This document shows, one piece after another, positions 1-10,002 of a stretch of 64,000 nucleotides of DNA. The notes below the pieces were generated by a model, which was not told the origin of the DNA, searched no databases, and was given only the letters and a program-made list of their open reading frames with translations. Position 1 is the first letter of the stretch; each line of letters opens with the position of its first letter. The stretch spans positions 36,330-100,329 of IMG/VR virus record IMGVR_UViG_3300006028_000010; one strand, 5' to 3'. A program made the translations under genes and the position numbers. This stretch comes from a virus.

Positions 1-929
1 GCCACTGACGAACGCGGAACGGTCACGGCTACCGAGCAGAACGGACCCGTGGCCCGAGTTAGAACAGTTATGGGGCCGGCTGACCCCCGCACAGAAGCAC
101 GCCGTCGTGTCCCTGATCGGCGCGTTCACCGAAGGGCGGAACCCCGCGCCCGGGCGGGAACCCGTGAACGTGGTCCGGTTGTCCACAACCGACGGCGTCC
201 CAGAAGACATGAACAACCATTAAACCCGGCTGTCGCAGCCAGGGCAGCCCTCACTGCACCCCAACAGGTGCTGCCCCCGCCTCGTAAGTTCCGCCGTGAC
301 ACGGGGATCGTCCCCAGTGGGGTACACCGCGAAGACCTCCCCGTCCTCGGTCAACGCGAGGGTGACCCAAGCGGCCACCGGTTTACCGACACGCTCAGCG
401 ATGTGAAAGCGGGCGCTGGACGTGTCAACGGCGCCGCCAAGACTCTCAGGCATAGCTATGGGGTACCCCCTCCGTAAGGTCGCGGGGTTCGCCACATCGG
501 CTACTGGTGGGTCACCCGATCGATCCTTTGCTAACGGGGGTGGCTCCCAACCGGTGGACTTACCGGCGGCCTGCACATGCACGTGCCGATGCTAACCCCA
601 GCACGCTCAGCGTCGCATCCGTCAACACGGATTAAACCCGATGCGCTGCCCCTAGCCCAAACTGTCACCACGGTCGTAGACACGCAAACACACCCTGTTC
701 CATAATGGCCCGTTTGCCACCACCGGAGTAGCCGCGTCAATGGTGCGTTTGTCGTATTCCTGGTCGGTGAGCGCGGCTAGCTGGGGTGCCATGCGAAAGC
801 CCACTCTGGCGCTGGTTCCGCCCTGGGGTTGCCCTTATGTTGGTATGCACTGTCGTGCGTTGTGCGGCACAGTTCGGGGCGGCCGGCTTGGCATGATGCC
901 ACGTAATGCACTGTTACGCACGAGCGCCA

Positions 930-970
930 GTTAATCGCAGGGTTGTTGGTTCGAGTCCAACTCGGGGAGC
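930..970 (+). mobile_element. attP-like core: 3' half of tRNA-Asn(GTT)
   Basis: GTTAATCGCAGGGTTGTTGGTTCGAGTCCAACTCGGGGAGC covers the anticodon onward, the T-arm (GTTGG-TTCGAGT-CCAAC) and the 3' acceptor strand. There is no 5' half. The integrase is about 0.9 kb downstream. Confidence 0.85.
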
Positions 971-1074
971 CCAAACGCCCAGGTCAGAGGCCGAGTTAAG
1001 GGCAGACGTCACCGTTAGGTGATAAGATCGGCCCGTACGCACGCCCATGATCACCGTTCGATCGAGGGCGTAAT

Positions 1075-1133
1075 AAGAGACCCCGGCAACGGCGGCAACC
1101 GTCCCGGGGCGTGGCCGACTGGTAGGAGTCGAC
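1075..1133 (+). promoter_or_regulatory. Nuclease-associated two-hairpin leader, copy 1
   Basis: AAGAGA CCCCGG CA ACGG-CGGCAA-CCGT C CCGGGG CGTG GCCGACT-GGTAGG-AGTCGAC, then GTG. Confidence 0.8.
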
Positions 1134-1844
1134 GTGGGCAACAGTAAGACGAAGGTGAACCGACCGACCCCCTCTGTTGTCTTTCAGATAGACGAGTTCA
1201 CCTACGAGGGGCACCCTGTGCGGACGGTGGTCCTTGACGATCAGCCCTGGTTCGTCGCATACGACGTGTGCCGGATCACCGGGTGGAACCTCATGACTGC
1301 TGTATGGTCAGTTCACGGTGATGACCGGTACAGCATCCCCGCGCGATGCCTAGGAACGGGTCAGGCTCATCTGCGGATCACTGGCGACGATGCGGTCTGG
1401 TTCTTCTCCGAGTATGGCCTTCATGACGTCGTGTTTCGCAGCGGCGATCCCTACAGGAAGAACTTCCGGCGTTGGATCATCGGCGAGCTGCTTCCAACCA
1501 TCGCGGCACGAGGACTGCCTTCAACTAACAGAACGGACCTGCCGGCGCGTCGCCACAAAGTGACGGTCAGCAAGAGCGATCAGCGTCGCCAGAAGGTGGA
1601 TCCCCTGTGGCGCAAGCCGCACGCTCTGTATCGCTTGTTCACCGACCGCTGCGATCTGTTGTATGTGGGCATATCACTATCGGCGCTTCAACGGATGAGT
1701 TCGCACCGGGCACGACAGCCATGGTGGCACGAAGTGGCATCGATCGAGATCGAGTACTACCCGACTAGGCAAGCCGTACTTAGTGCTGAGAGACAGGCGA
1801 TCCGCACGGAGCATCCCAGGTACAACGTCGCGCTCGTGAGTTAG
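1134..1844 (+). CDS. Bro-N antirepressor domain fused to a GIY-YIG endonuclease
   Basis: N-terminal FTYEGHPVRTVVLDDQPWFVAYDVC...SEYGL...FRRWI (Bro-N); C-terminal ALYRLF...LLYVGIS...R...H...AERQAIRTEHPRYN (GIY-YIG). Confidence 0.8.
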   Translation: MGNSKTKVNRPTPSVVFQIDEFTYEGHPVRTVVLDDQPWFVAYDVCRITGWNLMTAVWSVHGDDRYSIPARCLGTGQAHLRITGDDAVWFFSEYGLHDVVFRSGDPYRKNFRRWIIGELLPTIAARGLPSTNRTDLPARRHKVTVSKSDQRRQKVDPLWRKPHALYRLFTDRCDLLYVGISLSALQRMSSHRARQPWWHEVASIEIEYYPTRQAVLSAERQAIRTEHPRYNVALVS

Positions 1845-1859
1845 CAGGGGGGGTCAACC

Positions 1860-3122
1860 ATGCCGAACAGTCGTTTGCGTCCAGGCGAGCCGCCGCGCAC
1901 CGTCCGTTTCGACGAACGCACTCGCACGCTTGCGGACGGCACCACCAAGACCGTTATCCGTGCGCGGGCCTACGTGTGCAACCTTCAGGGCCGCCGCGTG
2001 GAGTGCTCCGCGAGCGCGGCCACACAGAAACAAGCCGAACGCAAGCTCCGTCACCTCATTGCTGAAACCTTCTCCAGTCGTCGACCGACCATCAACGGCC
2101 AGACCCGCTTGCGCGCGTTCGCTGAGGTCATGTTCGACGAGAAACGCGCCATGGTCGCCGAAGCCCAGATGTCACCCGGCTCCCTACGGACTTATGAAGG
2201 GCACTGGCGGCGACACATCGAACCCGAACTCGGGGACCTCGCCGTCGAGTGGGTCGGCGTGCAACGCTGCGACCGGTTCCTGAAAACCCTGCGGGCCGCA
2301 CACGGCTATGCCACCGTGAAAGGCGTCCGCTCGGTGCTGTCAGAGATCCTCGCGGTCGCCGTGCGGCATGAGGTCATCCCCCGTAACCCCATCGAAGGCT
2401 GCGCCGACATCCACGGCGACGGCCGGCGCCGCATCAAAGCCCTCGAGGCCGGGGAGGCGGTGCACATTTGGCGGTTACTGTCAGACCTTGCCCGCACCCC
2501 CGCGCCGGCGGTGAACAACCGGCGTTACCGGGCGATGATGTGCGAGGCGTTCATCCCTGATCTGTGGTTGTGGATGCTCGGCACCGGGGACCGGATCTCT
2601 AACGCCCTCGCTGTCCGCTGGCCCTTGATCGACATGGTCAACGGGACCGCGCGCCTCGGCCCGAACGTGATCCGGGTCCCCGGCGAAGGTTTACGGATCA
2701 ACGAGGGCACCAGCAAAAGCCAGGAAGTTGAGGGCGTTGATCTGCCTGAGCAGGTGATCGCGATGCTGCTCGCCCGCCAACAACGGGATGACTACAACCC
2801 GAAGGGGCTGGTGTTCCCCGGCCGGTTCGGGGAGCTTCGTGACCCGTCGAACGTGTCCAGCAAGCAGCTACGGCCAGCGTTGAAAGCGATCGGTTACGGG
2901 CATGTGTCGTCGCATTGGTGCCGCCGCACCCTCGGGTCGGAACTGAACGCCGCTGGGTGCACCTTGATGGAGATCGCTGGTCGTCTCCGTCACTCCGATT
3001 CGCGGACGACTGAACGTCACTACATCGCTAAACGGGGCGGTAACTCCCGCGTCAAGGCCGCGATCGAGGCCATGCTGGACACCGATCCTGAACAAACCGT
3101 GATCACATTGAACCGCAACTAG
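1860..3122 (+). CDS. int: Tyrosine integrase
   Basis: Catalytic motifs GDRISNALAVRW (R), SHWCRR (HxxR), LRH and TTERHY (Y); next to the tRNA-derived core. Confidence 0.92.
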   Translation: MPNSRLRPGEPPRTVRFDERTRTLADGTTKTVIRARAYVCNLQGRRVECSASAATQKQAERKLRHLIAETFSSRRPTINGQTRLRAFAEVMFDEKRAMVAEAQMSPGSLRTYEGHWRRHIEPELGDLAVEWVGVQRCDRFLKTLRAAHGYATVKGVRSVLSEILAVAVRHEVIPRNPIEGCADIHGDGRRRIKALEAGEAVHIWRLLSDLARTPAPAVNNRRYRAMMCEAFIPDLWLWMLGTGDRISNALAVRWPLIDMVNGTARLGPNVIRVPGEGLRINEGTSKSQEVEGVDLPEQVIAMLLARQQRDDYNPKGLVFPGRFGELRDPSNVSSKQLRPALKAIGYGHVSSHWCRRTLGSELNAAGCTLMEIAGRLRHSDSRTTERHYIAKRGGNSRVKAAIEAMLDTDPEQTVITLNRN

Positions 3123-3142
3123 GGAAAGGAGGCCACTAGCCG

Positions 3143-3652
3143 ATGCAGACCTGGACAACTGTGGCGGATAAAGCTGCTTGGGGCGATGGCCCGTGGGTGG
3201 ATGAGCCCGACAAGGTGCAATGGGTCGACCAGGCAACCGGTCTAACATGCCTAGCGAAGCGCAGCGGGACGTCTGGGAGTTGGTGCGGTTACGTCGGTGT
3301 CCATGCCGATCACCCACTCCACGGCCGTGACTACGACTCGGATGCCGCTGGGCACCTCGAGGTGCATGGTGGCCTCACGTACGCGGACGGCTGTCAGGAA
3401 GACGAACGGCCTATTGAACACCGCGTGTGCCACATCCCGGCACCCGGTGAGCCGGATGACGTGTGGTGGTTCGGTTTCGACTGCGCGCACTGCAGGGATT
3501 ACAGCCCAGCGATGGCTGCCTGCATGACCGCGGTGGGGGTGCCCTATGACCGTTTATACGGTGAGGAGTACCGCACCTTGGCGTACGTGCAGGCGGAATG
3601 CGCGGATCTTGCTAAGCAACTCGCTGACGTAGCGGCAGGAGACGCGTCATGA
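3143..3652 (+). CDS. Conserved phage hypothetical protein
   Basis: WCGYVG / VHGGLTY / WWFGFDCAH motifs; strong AAGGAGG RBS. Confidence 0.75.
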   Translation: MQTWTTVADKAAWGDGPWVDEPDKVQWVDQATGLTCLAKRSGTSGSWCGYVGVHADHPLHGRDYDSDAAGHLEVHGGLTYADGCQEDERPIEHRVCHIPAPGEPDDVWWFGFDCAHCRDYSPAMAACMTAVGVPYDRLYGEEYRTLAYVQAECADLAKQLADVAAGDAS

Positions 3653-3658
3653 TCCTGG

Positions 3659-3877
3659 TCAATGGTGAATTGTGTTCGTTGGTGGAGGCGTTGGAGCGTG
3701 TGCGCCGCTGGTTCGGGGTGGTGTCGGGGCCGGTGTTGTCGTCGGAGAGGCCATGAATGGCTGACATAGCGGCAGTGGCGCTCCCTCGCAACAGCTCGCG
3801 CGATGAAAACAGTTAGGGCAGCGCCAGCGATACCTGATCGGGTCAAACTGCCGGTTGCACTGGAGGCAGGTCTCCAC
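3659..3877 (-). CDS. Small zinc-ribbon protein
   Basis: GTG start: METCLQC...WRCPNC...SCCEGAP. Confidence 0.5.
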   Translation of the reverse strand: METCLQCNRQFDPIRYRWRCPNCFHRASCCEGAPLPLCQPFMASPTTTPAPTPPRTSGAHAPTPPPTNTIHH

Positions 3878-3882
3878 GGGCT

Positions 3883-4032
3883 CTACAGCACCGTGTGCAG
3901 CAGCAGGATGATCCCGGTGACCGCGAACAGGACGACGCCGATCAGGGCGAGCAGGGCGAGTTTGATGACGAACCCGAAGATCGCTAACGCAAGCCACACG
4001 AGGAGCGCGACGAGGATGAGGGGGAGCATCAT
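3883..4032 (-). CDS. Small membrane protein (49 aa, not in ORF track)
   Basis: Translated by hand: MMLPLILVALLVWLALAIFGFVIKLALLALIGVVLFAVTGIILLLHTVL. Confidence 0.6.
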   Translation of the reverse strand: MMLPLILVALLVWLALAIFGFVIKLALLALIGVVLFAVTGIILLLHTVL

Positions 4033-4465
4033 CGGTCACCGGTGGTGGTGAAGCTGGTGTTGACTGTGACGTAGCGCCAGGCGAACACACCGGCGGCGGT
4101 GATGAGGGCGACGGCGGGTGCCCATTTGGCGGCGTTGCGTAGGTGTGGGTGTTTGGGTTGTTGGGGGTGGAGTTGGTTGAGCGCGTCGCGGACGTGTCGG
4201 CGCGTTGTGCGTTTGCTCAAGTGTGTTCCTTCCGGGCCCGGCTCTCTGTTTGTGGTAGTTGGCTCGCCGGTCGGGGCGGTGGTGGCTGGCCATTTAACCG
4301 AGGTGGTCCAAGTCTCTCGCCGGTTGGACACGATGACCCCGTAAACCGGGTCGTCCGCTCCGGGATTGAGGACGATGAGCCCAGGGCCGCCCTGGGGTAG
4401 CGCGCCCATCTCACTGTCCGGGGCGCGGGGTATTTGACAACTGGGTGTCTTTCCGTCTGGTCGTG

Positions 4466-4507
4466 GGTCGGTCGCGTGCCGCTCAGACGAGGGACACGCG
4501 ACCGACC
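4466..4507. terminator. 13-bp inverted repeat after the lysis/Ig genes, likely terminator
   Basis: GGTCGGTCGCGTG ... CACGCGACCGACC perfect arms. Confidence 0.5.
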
Positions 4508-4545
4508 TGGGGGAGGATCTTTTAACCCGACCTAGCTGGGTGTTT

Positions 4546-4839
4546 TTACTGAGCGACGGGCGCACCGGTGGTGATCGTGAGGCTCGTGGCGTCACCAGCG
4601 GTCACATCGACCGCCAACGTGCCTTGAAGATCCCCACCGGGACTGTCGGGCCAGTCCGCTGTGATCACGGTAGAGCCTGGGTTGCCGGCGACGACCCAGA
4701 CTGTGCCGTCCGGGTCTGTGGTGATCGTGGCGATCGTGGGGTCTGCTGAGGTGAAGGTGACGTCGGTAACGGAAGCGGTGACTTGACCTTTCGCGTCTTC
4801 AGCGGTGACGGTGATCGGCGCTTTTTCGGTGTCTTTCAT
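4546..4839 (-). CDS. Ig-like domain protein (start may be further upstream)
   Basis: VTFTSADPTIATI...VVAGNPGSTVITA Ig/Big-like pattern; GAAGGAG RBS. Confidence 0.6.
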   Translation of the reverse strand: MKDTEKAPITVTAEDAKGQVTASVTDVTFTSADPTIATITTDPDGTVWVVAGNPGSTVITADWPDSPGGDLQGTLAVDVTAGDATSLTITTGAPVAQ

Positions 4840-5139
4840 CGTGTCTCCTTCGTTGTTTGTTGGTTGCCTGGTTGTTTGGTCAATCGTTGGTCCGCGGTTG
4901 AGGGTGAGTCGGATGGGTGCGGTGAGCCAGCAGAAGTAGAGGTTCGCGGTGCGCAGCACCCGGCGTGGGTTGCATGGCCCGAAGTCGTTTCTGTGTGAGA
5001 GCGCCGCGTACATGAGCGCGTAGTTACGTTCATCGCTGTAGTCGGTGATCCCTGATCCCTCCCTTCGCGAGTTCTGGTGTGTCGGGAGGTTACTTCCCGC
5101 TGGGGGTGAGGCCGGTGGCGGCGAACCAGTTGGGCATGG

Positions 5140-6093
5140 TCAGATCCCTTTAGCCCGTCGCCAGGTGTTGATGGCGTCGGCGATGTTCTGCGTCCACGGA
5201 TGCCAGCCCTGCGTCGCCCAGGGTCCGACAGCGGTGACGAGGGCCTGGTCGGCGGCGTCAACAACAGGCGTGGGGGTTGGTGTGGGGGTTGGTGCGACAG
5301 GGAACGGTCCAGGCTGCCCGGTCAACTGCTGGAACGCGGCATTAAGCGCCACCACGTCCAGCCCTTGCGGGGCCTTATTAGCGCTGATCCACTCAAATGA
5401 GACCGGAGCCCACGCTTCTTCCATATAACGCGCCCAGAACCTGGGGGTAACATGTTGCAATCGTCCCCATGTCGTTACCACCAAATCCTGCCCGTTCACG
5501 TTGCAACCTAGATGGACGCAGTGACCACCAGCAATACCCCCGTCATTAGGGACCACATCCCAGGGTTGCCCGTTGCGGAATTGCTGAAGGGCGGAGTTGG
5601 GGCAGTTGAGGCCCACATAGAGTCCACCGAATAGATACAACGCGGCTTTGAGTTCGACCAAGTCCGTGACGTTGATCTCAAAAAACGCGCCGATCCTGTG
5701 CCCGCCGATCCCGGTTTTGCGCCAGATGTTGAGGCAGTCCTGCATTACCGCGCCGCTGTCACTGCTGGGATTGTTTGGATTGTACCCGGAGCACAGTTCG
5801 TAGAAGGTGAGGACATCCTGGTCTGTCGGTGTTGCGGTCACACCGGAACCATACGTAGTCCACGCCTCGGTGCAGTGGCATGCGGCTGATGCTGTGCAGC
5901 ACCCGAGACGGTCGTTCAACGCCATCGGCCACGTTTTCACCGACGACAGATAATCAACAGTTGGGGGAACTTGGCCGGTGTACTCGGCTCTAAGGAACGG
6001 GCTGAGCCTAAGCCGAGGCTTCGTTGGGTCGTTCGGTAAACGACCGAATTTCAATTCTGGGTAGTGAGTACCAATATGTGGGGGTGTTGGCAT
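5140..6093 (-). CDS. Papain-like (C1-related) cysteine peptidase
   Basis: NDRLGCCTAS (catalytic Cys region), GGHCV (His), VVTTWG. Confidence 0.65.
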   Translation of the reverse strand: MPTPPHIGTHYPELKFGRLPNDPTKPRLRLSPFLRAEYTGQVPPTVDYLSSVKTWPMALNDRLGCCTASAACHCTEAWTTYGSGVTATPTDQDVLTFYELCSGYNPNNPSSDSGAVMQDCLNIWRKTGIGGHRIGAFFEINVTDLVELKAALYLFGGLYVGLNCPNSALQQFRNGQPWDVVPNDGGIAGGHCVHLGCNVNGQDLVVTTWGRLQHVTPRFWARYMEEAWAPVSFEWISANKAPQGLDVVALNAAFQQLTGQPGPFPVAPTPTPTPTPVVDAADQALVTAVGPWATQGWHPWTQNIADAINTWRRAKGI

Positions 6094-6145
6094 TGTGACC
6101 CCTTCGCATGTTGAGTGGTCCGACGCGGAATACCGCACCAGGTGG

Positions 6146-6901
6146 TTATCCTTTGAAGCCGGCGCGGGTTAACGCTGCGATGGTCTGGGGTCCGATGTCT
6201 CTACCGTCCGCGCCGGTGATGCCCACTCGCCGCTGAAATTCGGCGATGACCGCTCGGGTCATGTCCCCGTAGTATCCGGTCACTGGTAGTTTGCTGTATG
6301 ACGCGTAGTTCGCGTTGAGCCAGGTTTGTAGGCGCCGGATTTCGTCGCTGGTCTGGCCGTAGTGCATCTCAATGATCGGGCCTGGCTGCGGTGGCGGCGG
6401 CGGGTGGTTGCCGCCCGGGTTGGCGTACGCCATGAACACGTCCCACGGGAAATTCGGGCCGGGGTCGGTGTGCGTTCCATCGTTTTTTCCGAGGGTCCAG
6501 TCCCAGTGCCCGCAGATACCTGAGTGGTCCGCGCCGACTTGCGCTGGGGTGAGTTTCACCGCCGGGATGCCCCACTTGGCGCACCATGCGCGGGCGACGG
6601 CGGCGGCGGAGCGGAGCATCCGGTCGTGGGCTAGCCATTCGGAGCGGGGCCATTTCGCGAACCCTGTGAAGCAAACTTGGAGTGATCTGTGGTTGCCGGA
6701 CAGCATCGCCCATGCTGCGACGTCGTCGGGTAGGTATTGGATGGTGGTGGTGTCGTCGACGATGACGTGGTAGGAGGCTTCGACGCCTGGCTGGTCCAAG
6801 TAGTTGACTAGGCCCGCTGCTGTGGTCGCGCCTTCCGCAGTGTGCACGCTGATGAGGCTGATGGGGGTGCCTTGGCGGTTTTCGCAGCCTCGGGGTATCA
6901 C
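6146..6901 (-). CDS. Endolysin: N-acetylmuramoyl-L-alanine amidase plus peptidoglycan-binding domain
   Basis: VHTAEG, ASYHVIVD, ICGH..., HTDPGPNFPW; C-terminal GYYGDMTRAVIAEFQRR...IGPQT. The GTG overlaps the holin stop; the upstream part of the 482-aa ORF is shadow. Confidence 0.88.
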   Translation of the reverse strand: MIPRGCENRQGTPISLISVHTAEGATTAAGLVNYLDQPGVEASYHVIVDDTTTIQYLPDDVAAWAMLSGNHRSLQVCFTGFAKWPRSEWLAHDRMLRSAAAVARAWCAKWGIPAVKLTPAQVGADHSGICGHWDWTLGKNDGTHTDPGPNFPWDVFMAYANPGGNHPPPPPQPGPIIEMHYGQTSDEIRRLQTWLNANYASYSKLPVTGYYGDMTRAVIAEFQRRVGITGADGRDIGPQTIAALTRAGFKG

Positions 6902-7122
6902 CGGAGGTGTCCTTGAGGTGGCGGCGCTGGGGGTGTGTTGGGTATTTGGTGTACGCCGAGCGCGCCGAGCGCGGCGGTGGCGATGATGAGCCATCCGGCG
7001 GTGGTGAATCCGCCGGCGATGTTGACGGCTTGCGCGGCGGTGAGTGCGGCGAAGAGGACCGCGACCACGGTTTTCGAGTAAGGGCGTAGGTCCCACGCGG
7101 GCGGGCTGGGCACAAGGATCAC
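6898..7122 (-). CDS. Holin (2 TM)
   Basis: Two hydrophobic helices, ALGALGVHQIPN; translationally coupled to the amidase. Confidence 0.7.
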   Translation of the reverse strand: MILVPSPPAWDLRPYSKTVVAVLFAALTAAQAVNIAGGFTTAGWLIIATAALGALGVHQIPNTPPAPPPQGHLR

Positions 7123-7128
7123 TCCCGG

Positions 7129-7521
7129 TTAGTGGGTGATGAGGGGGTCGAGGGCGACGGTGCCTTCGGCGAGGCACGCTGGTTCGTCTTGGGCGTGGGT
7201 GAGGAAGCAGTCCCAGGACGCGAGCCCGGGGAAGGTGAGCGCGGCGGTTTGCGCGCCGGTGATGACCAGCGTCAGGGTTGAGGTGAGGGTGACCGTGGAG
7301 TAGGTCAAAGCGGCGGCGCCGGTCTCTTCCCCGGGGGTGGTGTTCCATTCGAACAGGGCCGGGCCGCCACCGGCCCGGATTTGGGCGCGTGCCCCGTATC
7401 CGGTGGGGTCGGTGATGGCTGCGCCTAGCCGGTCGACGACGGTGAGGGTGATCACGGCCCCGGCGCCCTGTTTGAGGACCAGGTTGAGGTTGAGGATCGT
7501 CGGCGCGAGAAGGGTGGACAC
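7129..7521 (-). CDS. Tail fibre/baseplate adaptor-like protein
   Basis: LVLKQGA...DPTGYGARAQIR pattern typical of BppU/fibre adaptor domains. Confidence 0.55.
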   Translation of the reverse strand: MSTLLAPTILNLNLVLKQGAGAVITLTVVDRLGAAITDPTGYGARAQIRAGGGPALFEWNTTPGEETGAAALTYSTVTLTSTLTLVITGAQTAALTFPGLASWDCFLTHAQDEPACLAEGTVALDPLITH

Positions 7522-7536
7522 GGGGGGCTCCTCGCG

Positions 7537-9987
7537 TTAGACGTACGCGGCGGATGGGGCGGTGGGGGTGTCGGCGAGTGCTGCGGTGGCGCACCCGGTT
7601 GTTGATTCGGTGGTGGTGTTGGTGGCCGAGGCGGCGACGATTGTGACGCGGCCGTTGGTTGCGGTGGCTGCGCCGGCGAGGGCGGCGGTGATGCTGTGGT
7701 TCCCGACCAGTTCGGCGTTGGACACGCCGCTACTGGTGACGACCAGTTCCCCGTTGGTGGCGGAGCTGAGGATCGTGACCCGGCCGTTGATTCCAGCTGC
7801 GGTGACGCTGATGCCACCGGCGGTGGCCAGCGGGGGCCAGGCCGCGGGGTGGGAAACCACCGCGTGTCCGTGGGCGTTGTCGGCGCTGGCGGCGATGTCG
7901 TCGCTGACTGGCCGTGCTTGGGTGGTGAGCCAACGAATGGCGGTGTCGGTGGTGGTGGCAGCGTCTGCGGCGAGGGAGAGCAGGGGGGCGCGGTAATAGG
8001 CGCTGGACACAACGTCAGCGGCGACGGCTTGGTCGGTGCTGGTGTCACGAAGCAGGTCTTGTGTACGGGTCGTGGTGTCGTCGCCAGCCCCGGTGATGTC
8101 GGTGGCGGCGCGGTAGGTTACCCCGGACGCGGCACCGGCCGTGTCCGTTGCGGTGGCGGCGTCGCTGACCACCCGGCTGCTGACGGTGGCCGCGCTGGCG
8201 CTGTCCCCAGCGGGAGCGGTATCGCCGCTGGCTACCCGATTGCTGATGGTCGCGCTGGCGGCGCTGTCCAAAGCCGAAGCGGTGTCGTTGACCACCCGGC
8301 TGCTGACGGTGGTCGCGCTGGTGCTGCTTTCCCCAGAGGAAGCGGTATCGCTGATCGGGCGCCCGGCACCCGTAACGGGAGTAACAACATCGGCGGAGGT
8401 CGCGGTGTCGGCGCGGTCGCGTGCCGCAGTGTTTGACCGGGTTGCGGCGTCGCTGGTGACAGCGGCGTCACCAAGGGCGCGGTCTTGGAGACCGCTAGAT
8501 GATGAGGTGCTGACGAATTCCGTGGCGGGCGCGGTGCCCGATGTTTCGCGTAACACGATCAGGGCGCGACCGGCGCCGTCTGCGGCGGTGCCGCTGTCCG
8601 TGACAGCGCGGGTAACGGTCAGACCGCGGCTGGTGGCTTCTACGAATGCTGCTGTGGAATCGGCGGTGCTGCGGGCAAGGGACCGCGGGGAGCGGGTTGC
8701 GGTGTCAGCGGTATTCGCCGAGTCGGCGCAGCCGCGTACCCGGGTGGGGATACTGCGGGCGGCAACGTCGAGGAAAGCGGCTGCCGTGTCCGGGGTGGCG
8801 CGGGCCTCAGATAGCGGCGAGTGAACGGCGGTGTCCGCGGCAGCGGCGATGTCAGCGGCAACACGCGCCCGGACCGGGGCGCTACGCGCGGTCGTGTCAG
8901 CGCCCAACGCGCTCTCAACGGTGGCTCTGCCGAAAGCCTGGGTTGCGCGGCTTTCGGTGTCCGCGCCCGCAGCGGTGTTGTCCGTGGCCACGCGAACCAG
9001 GGCGAAGGCGCGGGACGAGGCGTCTGAGGCGGTCGCGGTGTCCAGCGACGCGATGCGGACTTTGGTGCCAGCGCTGCGGGTAACGCTATCGGTGGCCGTG
9101 GTGATGTCAGTGCTGACCCGCGCCCAGGTGGCGCCGCCGCGGGTGGCGCCGTCCGCGGCTGTCGCCGTGTCCGGGGCGGCGCGGGTACTAGATCGCGATG
9201 AGCGGGCCGCGGTGTCAGCGACGGCAGCGCTATCAGCAACGGAACGCGCCCAGCCCACGAGTGCGCGGCCAATCGCATCAACAACAGGTGCGCTGTCAAT
9301 ACCCAACCTGGGTAGAACCGGAGTTGCCCGGGTGGCGGTTTCCGTTGCTTGCGCGGTGTCCGCAATGACCGCTCGGATCAGGGCGAAGGCGCGGGCCACG
9401 GCGTCGGTGGTGGGCGCCTGATCTGAAGTAGTACGCGATTTGGCGGCGCCGCAGGTCACAGCGTCCGTGGCTGTCGCAGTGTCGGCGCGGGCACGGGTGA
9501 AACTCAGCGCCGAGCGGGCGGGGGCATCCGACGCGGCGGACGTGTCCCCAGCAGCCCCGGCTTTAACCGAAACCCGTGTCGCGGTGTCCGTTGCGGTGGC
9601 GGTGTCCGTCGTGACGCGGGTGAGGGTTGACGCTGCCCGGCTGGTGGCGTCAACAGCGCCGCCAATGTCCGTGGCGGCGCGGGAACCCGCAGCGCCCCGG
9701 GTTGCCGCGTCGGTGCCCGTCGTTGCGTCCGCGACGGTGCGGGTGACTTGAGTGGTTCTCCCCGCCGCGTCGGTAGCTGGCGCGTTTTCGCCGTCAGGGC
9801 GGGTTTTTAATCCTGCGACCCCGGTGACGGAATCCGTCGCTAGGGTCGTATCAACCACGGTCCGGGTTTTCGCGGCAAACCTTGACACGGAATCAGTCGC
9901 TGACGCCGTATCGGTTGCCGTCGCAGTAACAGTGCGCGCCGCTAGGGGAAGCCAGTGAGCGTGATAATGCTTGACCGCCACGGTCAA
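7537..9987 (-). CDS. 816-aa Ala/Thr/Ser/Asp/Arg repeat protein, putative tail fibre/appendage
   Basis: R-x-x-x-D-x-A-x-A-x-D repeats of about 20 aa throughout. Confidence 0.7.
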   Translation of the reverse strand: MTVAVKHYHAHWLPLAARTVTATATDTASATDSVSRFAAKTRTVVDTTLATDSVTGVAGLKTRPDGENAPATDAAGRTTQVTRTVADATTGTDAATRGAAGSRAATDIGGAVDATSRAASTLTRVTTDTATATDTATRVSVKAGAAGDTSAASDAPARSALSFTRARADTATATDAVTCGAAKSRTTSDQAPTTDAVARAFALIRAVIADTAQATETATRATPVLPRLGIDSAPVVDAIGRALVGWARSVADSAAVADTAARSSRSSTRAAPDTATAADGATRGGATWARVSTDITTATDSVTRSAGTKVRIASLDTATASDASSRAFALVRVATDNTAAGADTESRATQAFGRATVESALGADTTARSAPVRARVAADIAAAADTAVHSPLSEARATPDTAAAFLDVAARSIPTRVRGCADSANTADTATRSPRSLARSTADSTAAFVEATSRGLTVTRAVTDSGTAADGAGRALIVLRETSGTAPATEFVSTSSSSGLQDRALGDAAVTSDAATRSNTAARDRADTATSADVVTPVTGAGRPISDTASSGESSTSATTVSSRVVNDTASALDSAASATISNRVASGDTAPAGDSASAATVSSRVVSDAATATDTAGAASGVTYRAATDITGAGDDTTTRTQDLLRDTSTDQAVAADVVSSAYYRAPLLSLAADAATTTDTAIRWLTTQARPVSDDIAASADNAHGHAVVSHPAAWPPLATAGGISVTAAGINGRVTILSSATNGELVVTSSGVSNAELVGNHSITAALAGAATATNGRVTIVAASATNTTTESTTGCATAALADTPTAPSAAYV

Positions 9988-10002
9988 CCCCCGGAGGTCA
10001 GG

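Noticed and set aside
1-900. Genes left of the att core
   Set aside because: Only short ORFs without recognisable motifs are present, and I cannot tell which are real.
895-975. Complete tRNA-Asn gene
   Set aside because: There is no D-arm or 5' acceptor strand; similarity starts at the anticodon.
5090-5137. 15-aa ORF MPNWFAATGLTPSGK as a signalling or RiPP peptide
   Set aside because: It has no signal peptide, receptor or modifying enzymes nearby and is too short to support.
6902-7594. Arg-rich N-terminal extension of the amidase in the ORF track
   Set aside because: It overlaps the holin and adaptor genes in other frames; the real start is probably the GTG at 6901.
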